64,000 nucleotides of DNA, from the NCBI RefSeq assembly GCF_058153355.1, contig NZ_CM177019.1. The stretch is one strand, 5' to 3'. Under the pieces are notes generated by a model that was not told the DNA's origin, did no database searches, and was given only the letters and a program-made list of their open reading frames with translations. This document shows, one piece after another, positions 59,636 through 64,000 of this stretch. Made by a program: the position numbers and the translations under genes. Position 1 is the first letter of the stretch, and every line of letters starts with the position of its first letter.

Positions 59636-59643
59636 GAACCTTA
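59636..59643. repeat. IS66-family target-site duplication, left copy (GAACCTTA)
   Basis: same 8-mer flanks the other end at 62113..62120. Confidence 0.85.
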
Positions 59644-59673
59644 GTAAGCGGCTCGCCAGAACCGTATTGATAT

Positions 59674-61245
59674 TTACTGAGAGCTCAGATCAACTTTCCA
59701 GGGCAACAGATCGCGTACCCGGTTTGCCGGCCAGTCCTGGATATGTTCAATGACGTAACGCAGCCACTTTTCTGGCTCCACATTGTTCAGACGGCATGTG
59801 CCGATCAGCGAGTACAACACCGCAGCATGTTCACCACCGCTGTCAGAACCCGCGAAGAGCCAGTTTTTCCGGCCTACGGCCACTCCCCGTAAGGCGTTCT
59901 CTGCGATGTTGTTGTCGATTTCCACCCAGCCATTACTGCAGTACACGTTCAGTGCATCCCACTGTTTCAGCAGGTATGCGAACGCTTTTGCCGTGTCCGA
60001 GTGACGCGACAGTGTTTTCATCTGTTGCTGTATCCAGTCATACAGTGACTGCATCAGTGGCGCGGCTCTGGCTTTTCTTGCCGCCAGACGCTGTTCTGCT
60101 GAACAGCCCCGGACCTCTGCCTCGATGGCATACAGTTCACCGATACGCTGCAGGGCTTCCGTGGTGATGTCGGTGGGCACTCTTGCATGCACATCGTGGA
60201 TTTTTCTCCGGGCATGAGCCATACATGCGGCTTCCGTTATTCTGCCGGATTCGTACAACGCCCGGTAACCACCGTAAGCATCGGCCTGAAGCACTCCGCT
60301 GTAACCGGCCAGATGATTCTGTGGATGGATACCTTTCCGGTCCGGGCTGTACGCGAACCAGACCGCCGGAGGCATTTCCGAACCGGCGTTACGGTCATCA
60401 CGAACGTAGACCCACAGCCGGGCAGTCCTTGTTTTACCGCTGCCCGGCTCCTGGACCGGAACGGGGATATCATCGGCATGGACTTTACCGGGCATCAGCA
60501 CATACTGGCGCAGGATGTCATACAGCGGTTCCAGCAGTTCAGCAACAGCACCTGTCCAGCGCCCCAGTGTGGCACGGCTCAGCTCCACGCCCTGACGACG
60601 GTATATTTCTGACTGGCGGTATAACGGCAGATGGTCTGCATATTTTCCAGCGACAACATGGGCCAGAAGCCCCGCTCCGGCATAACTGCGTGCAATGGGT
60701 TTTGAAGGCACCGGAGCCTGCACGATATGGTCGCACCGGCAACAGGCCAGTTTCGGACGTTGTGTTTCGATAACCTTAAAGGCGCTGCTGATAAGCTCCA
60801 GTTGCTCTGACACATCACATCCCAGAGAACTGAGTTCGCCACCACAGGCCGGGCAGCATTCCTCTTCCGGACGGATGACCCGGGTTTCACGGGGAAGTGA
60901 GGCAGGTAACGGTTTACGGGCTGAAGACTGGCGCAGGGGAGATGGCAGTACCGGGTCATATTGCTCACCCAGCGTTTCCGCCATTTCTTCCTGAAGAGCG
61001 CTGATTCGCTCCTGTGCTTCCTGTATCTGCCGTTCGGTTTTTGCACGAAGTTTTTCTGAGCTTTTACCGAACTGCATGCGCTGCAGTTTTGCAACCAGCG
61101 CCTTCAGCCGGTTGATTTCGGAAGCATAAGCCGCCACCCGCTGTGAGAGCAGGCGGTTGTATTTCGCCATCTGGCGGATGGTGTCCTGTTGCGTCTGCAA
61201 CAGTGCCCGCAGGCGGGCATTCTCATGAGCAAGTGAGGTGTCCAT
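59674..61245 (-). CDS. IS66-family transposase (TnpC/orf3)
   Basis: 523-aa ORF with N-terminal coiled-coil/leucine zipper, CxxC...CxxC zinc-finger-like motif (CCPACGGEL...ACCRCDH) and DDE region. Confidence 0.9.
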   Translation of the reverse strand: MDTSLAHENARLRALLQTQQDTIRQMAKYNRLLSQRVAAYASEINRLKALVAKLQRMQFGKSSEKLRAKTERQIQEAQERISALQEEMAETLGEQYDPVLPSPLRQSSARKPLPASLPRETRVIRPEEECCPACGGELSSLGCDVSEQLELISSAFKVIETQRPKLACCRCDHIVQAPVPSKPIARSYAGAGLLAHVVAGKYADHLPLYRQSEIYRRQGVELSRATLGRWTGAVAELLEPLYDILRQYVLMPGKVHADDIPVPVQEPGSGKTRTARLWVYVRDDRNAGSEMPPAVWFAYSPDRKGIHPQNHLAGYSGVLQADAYGGYRALYESGRITEAACMAHARRKIHDVHARVPTDITTEALQRIGELYAIEAEVRGCSAEQRLAARKARAAPLMQSLYDWIQQQMKTLSRHSDTAKAFAYLLKQWDALNVYCSNGWVEIDNNIAENALRGVAVGRKNWLFAGSDSGGEHAAVLYSLIGTCRLNNVEPEKWLRYVIEHIQDWPANRVRDLLPWKVDLSSQ

Positions 61246-61264
61246 ATCCTCACTTTACAACGGG

Positions 61265-61612
61265 TTATATGCGGATGCCAGCGCGTTCCGTTCGTTTCGG
61301 GTGTTTCCAGTCGATGCCCTCAAGAAGCATGGATAACTGGGCCGGAGTAAGGTGCACCTTGCCGTCACGGGTGACCGGCCAGACGAAGCGGCCCCGCTCC
61401 AGGCGTCTGGTGAAGAGGCACAGTCCGTCACTGTCAGCCCACAACACTTTTATCTGGTCACCCCGGCGTCCGCGGAAGATGAACAGATGCCCGGAGAACG
61501 GGTCATCCTTCAGGACGTTCTGAACTTTTGAGGCCAGGCCGTTAAAGCCATTTCGCATATCGGTGATACCTGCAACCAGCCAGATACGCGAACCTGCAGG
61601 GAGAGATATCAC
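61265..61612 (-). CDS. IS66 Orf2 (TnpB) accessory protein
   Basis: 115-aa ORF MISLPAGSRIWLVAGITDMRNGFNGLASKV... typical of IS66 orf2. Confidence 0.85.
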   Translation of the reverse strand: MISLPAGSRIWLVAGITDMRNGFNGLASKVQNVLKDDPFSGHLFIFRGRRGDQIKVLWADSDGLCLFTRRLERGRFVWPVTRDGKVHLTPAQLSMLLEGIDWKHPKRTERAGIRI

Positions 61613-62037
61613 CGTCTCAGCTCCTGTATAAGCAAGGACAGCAGATTTTCATTCACTGCCCCGTTCAACCGAAGGGTGCCGTTTCTGAACGTAATCTCAC
61701 AGGAGATGCTGTGTATTTCCGGTGTTACTGACGGTCTTGCGGTCAGTGGCTCATTAGCCGGAGCAGTTGGGAGTTGGGCATCAATAGTGACAGGAATTAA
61801 CTGAGATTCTCTGCCTGATTCTGATGATGGCAATTTTATCTTCCCCTGCCGCCATTTCTGACGCCATTTGAACAACAGATTGGCATTAATACCATTGTCC
61901 AGGGCCAGTCTGGAAATTGAAACACCTGGCTGGAATGATGCTTCTATGAGTCGTTGTTTGAATTCAGGAGGATAATTCAGGCACCCTTTAGGCCTTCCCG
62001 GAGAGGCATTTTTTTGTATATCTGACATTTTTATCAC
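61609..62037 (-). CDS. IS66 Orf1 (TnpA) HTH accessory protein
   Basis: 142-aa ORF; ATGA overlap with orf2 typical of IS66-family translational coupling. Confidence 0.8.
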   Translation of the reverse strand: MIKMSDIQKNASPGRPKGCLNYPPEFKQRLIEASFQPGVSISRLALDNGINANLLFKWRQKWRQGKIKLPSSESGRESQLIPVTIDAQLPTAPANEPLTARPSVTPEIHSISCEITFRNGTLRLNGAVNENLLSLLIQELRR

Positions 62038-62112
62038 CCACTATTAATTTAGTGGTGGATACTTTGTCCAAAGCATCGGGAATTTGCCAGACGGTCCTGA
62101 TAAGACGCTTAC

Positions 62113-62120
62113 GAACCTTA
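62113..62120. repeat. IS66-family target-site duplication, right copy (GAACCTTA)
   Basis: identical to 59636..59643. Confidence 0.85.
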
Positions 62121-63710
62121 TGTCGTGCCGGGCGGACGTTTTCGCGAGGTATATTACTGGGACAGTTACTTCACCATGTTAGGGCTTGCCGAAAGCGACC
62201 ACTGGGATAAAGTTGCGGATATGGTGGCCAATTTTGCTCATGAAATAGACACTTACGGGCATATTCCCAACGGCAACCGCAGTTACTATTTAAGCCGCTC
62301 GCAACCGCCCTTCTTTGCCCTGATGGTAGAGTTACTGGCGCAGCATGAAGGCGATGCCGCGTTGAAGCAATACCTGCCGCAAATGCAAAAAGAATATGCT
62401 TACTGGATGGACGGTGTTGAAAACCTGCAAGCCGGACAACAGGAAAAACGCGTTGTCAAACTTCAGGATGGTACCCTTCTCAACCGCTACTGGGACGATC
62501 GCGATACGCCACGACCAGAGTCATGGGTGGAAGATATTGCCACCGCCAAAAGCAATCCGAACCGGCCTGCCACTGAAATTTACCGCGACCTGCGCTCTGC
62601 CGCTGCGTCTGGCTGGGATTTCAGCTCGCGCTGGATGGACAATCCGCAGCAGTTAAACACCTTACGCACCACCAGCATCGTACCGGTCGATCTGAACAGC
62701 TTGATGTTCAAAATGGAAAAAAACCTCGCCCGCGCCAGCAAAGCTGCCGGAGATAACGCGATGGCAAACCAGTACGAAACGCTGGCAAATGCCCGTCAAA
62801 AAGGGATCGAAAAATACCTGTGGAACGATCAACAAGGCTGGTATGCCGATTACGACCTGAAAAGTCATAAAGTGCGCAATCAGTTAACCGCTGCCGCCCT
62901 ATTCCCGCTGTACGTCAATGCGGCAGCGAAAGATCGCGCCAACAAAATGGCAACGGCAACGAAAACACATCTGCTGCAACCCGGCGGCCTGAACACCACG
63001 TCGGTGAAAAGTGGGCAACAATGGGATGCACCAAATGGCTGGGCACCGTTGCAGTGGGTCGCGACGGAAGGATTACAAAACTACGGGCAAAAAGAGGTGG
63101 CGATGGACATTAGCTGGCACTTCCTTACCAATGTTCAGCACACCTATGACCGGGAGAAAAAGCTGGTGGAAAAATATGATGTCAGCACCACCGGAACAGG
63201 GGGCGGCGGTGGCGAATATCCATTACAGGATGGCTTTGGCTGGACCAATGGCGTGACGCTGAAAATGCTGGATTTGATCTGCCCGAAAGAGCAACCGTGT
63301 GACAATGTTCCGGCGACGCGTCCACTCAGTGAATCAACAACACAGCCGCTAAAACAAAAAGAGGCGGAACCTACGCCTTAACTTTACTGTATATCGAGCA
63401 ATGCCATTACGTGCATAAAATTGGCATTGCTCTTTCTTCATCACGAAATACCACTCTTTCTACAGTCTATGCCTTTATTTTCTTTTATTAGGGAAGATTT
63501 TAATTTTATTTTATCAACTTGTTAATCATTACACCTCTATTTATATTTTCCCCCACTCCCCATTCTCCCTGACAATTTTCTTGTGGAACAAAGTGTTATT
63601 TAAGAAACAAGCAAATCATTCTGTCTCTTTAGACAAATTTTGACATCAAACATGATCTTTTTCGCTATATGTGTAAGTATATAGCGGTTTTAATTATCAG
63701 GATATTACTT

Positions 63711-64000
63711 ATGTCACTAACCAGACGGAGGTTTACACAGATTCTTGCGTCGACATTGTTCCTGCATCATCTGCCGTCCTTTGCACAATCAGTCAAATTC
63801 TGGGCCTCACTGACGCTTCCCGAAGCCCAAAACATTACACGCATCGTCAGCGCAGGCGCGCCCGCCGATTTACTATTGCTGGCTGTCGCGCCAGAAAAAA
63901 TGGTCGGTTTTTCCTCTTTTGATTTTGCCCGTCAGGCATTAATTCCATTGCCAGAGCACATTCGCCAGTTCCCCAGGCTGGGACGACTCGCCGGGCGCGC
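63711..64000 (+). CDS. hypothetical secreted protein, N-terminal part (3' end outside window); possibly a periplasmic substrate-binding protein
   Basis: own translation: MSLTRRRFTQILASTLFLHHLPSFAQS... (RRxF twin-arginine-like signal, AxA-like cleavage region) then ITRIVSAGAPADLLLLAVAPEKMVGFSSF resembling cluster-A binding proteins; open to window end. Confidence 0.4.
   Translation, partial: MSLTRRRFTQILASTLFLHHLPSFAQSVKFWASLTLPEAQNITRIVSAGAPADLLLLAVAPEKMVGFSSFDFARQALIPLPEHIRQFPRLGRLAGR

Larger units (their letters stand above)
59644..62112 (-). mobile_element. IS66-family insertion sequence (2469 bp) with three ORFs
   Basis: termini begin GTAAGCG on both ends (imperfect inverted repeats); orf1/orf2/orf3 organisation; 8-bp direct repeats as expected for IS66. 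Confidence 0.9.
59207..63381 (+). pseudogene. treA: periplasmic trehalase treA, disrupted by an IS66-family insertion (5' part 59207..59643, 3' part 62121..63381)
   Basis: N-terminal fragment (signal peptide ...[11 protein letters not shown], then ...[10 protein letters not shown]) stops at a TAG created at the insertion junction; 3' fragment resumes at (Y)[22 protein letters not shown]; the frame is continuous if 59644..62120 is removed. Confidence 0.9.

Noticed and set aside
59783-60994. Plus-strand ORFs (73-196 aa) inside the IS66-family element
   Set aside because: Antisense to the transposase orf3; Arg/Pro-rich translations without motifs

Overview
This window is an Escherichia coli-type chromosomal segment, colinear (in inverted orientation) with the K-12 region cls - yciU - oppFDCBA - ychE - adhE - tdk - hns - galU - rssBA - ychJ - purU - tyrTV - narIJHG - narK - narXL - ychO - ychN - chaCBA - ldr/rdl - kdsA - sirB1/B2 - prmC - prfA - hemA - lolB - ispE - prs - dauA - ychH - pth - ychF - ycgV - dhaR - dhaKLM - treA. 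Gene calls rest on reading the supplied ORF translations against recalled protein families and on synteny; no database search was run. I did not find convincing evidence of a novel multi-gene system. The non-core content is: (1) a complete 1426-bp IS4 with 11-bp target duplication inserted in the adhE terminator hairpin; (2) a 2469-bp IS66-family element with 8-bp target duplication interrupting treA in frame; (3) a single-base variant in the anticodon stem of the first of two tandem tRNA-Tyr genes; (4) four complete 178-bp tpr repeats after the tRNAs, one carrying a premature stop in its small Arg-rich ORF; (5) two tandem LDR (ldr/rdl) type I toxin-antitoxin units; (6) a few unexplained small ORFs, palindromes and hairpins. 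The treA signal peptide differs from the K-12 sequence as I recall it, so the strain is probably not K-12.
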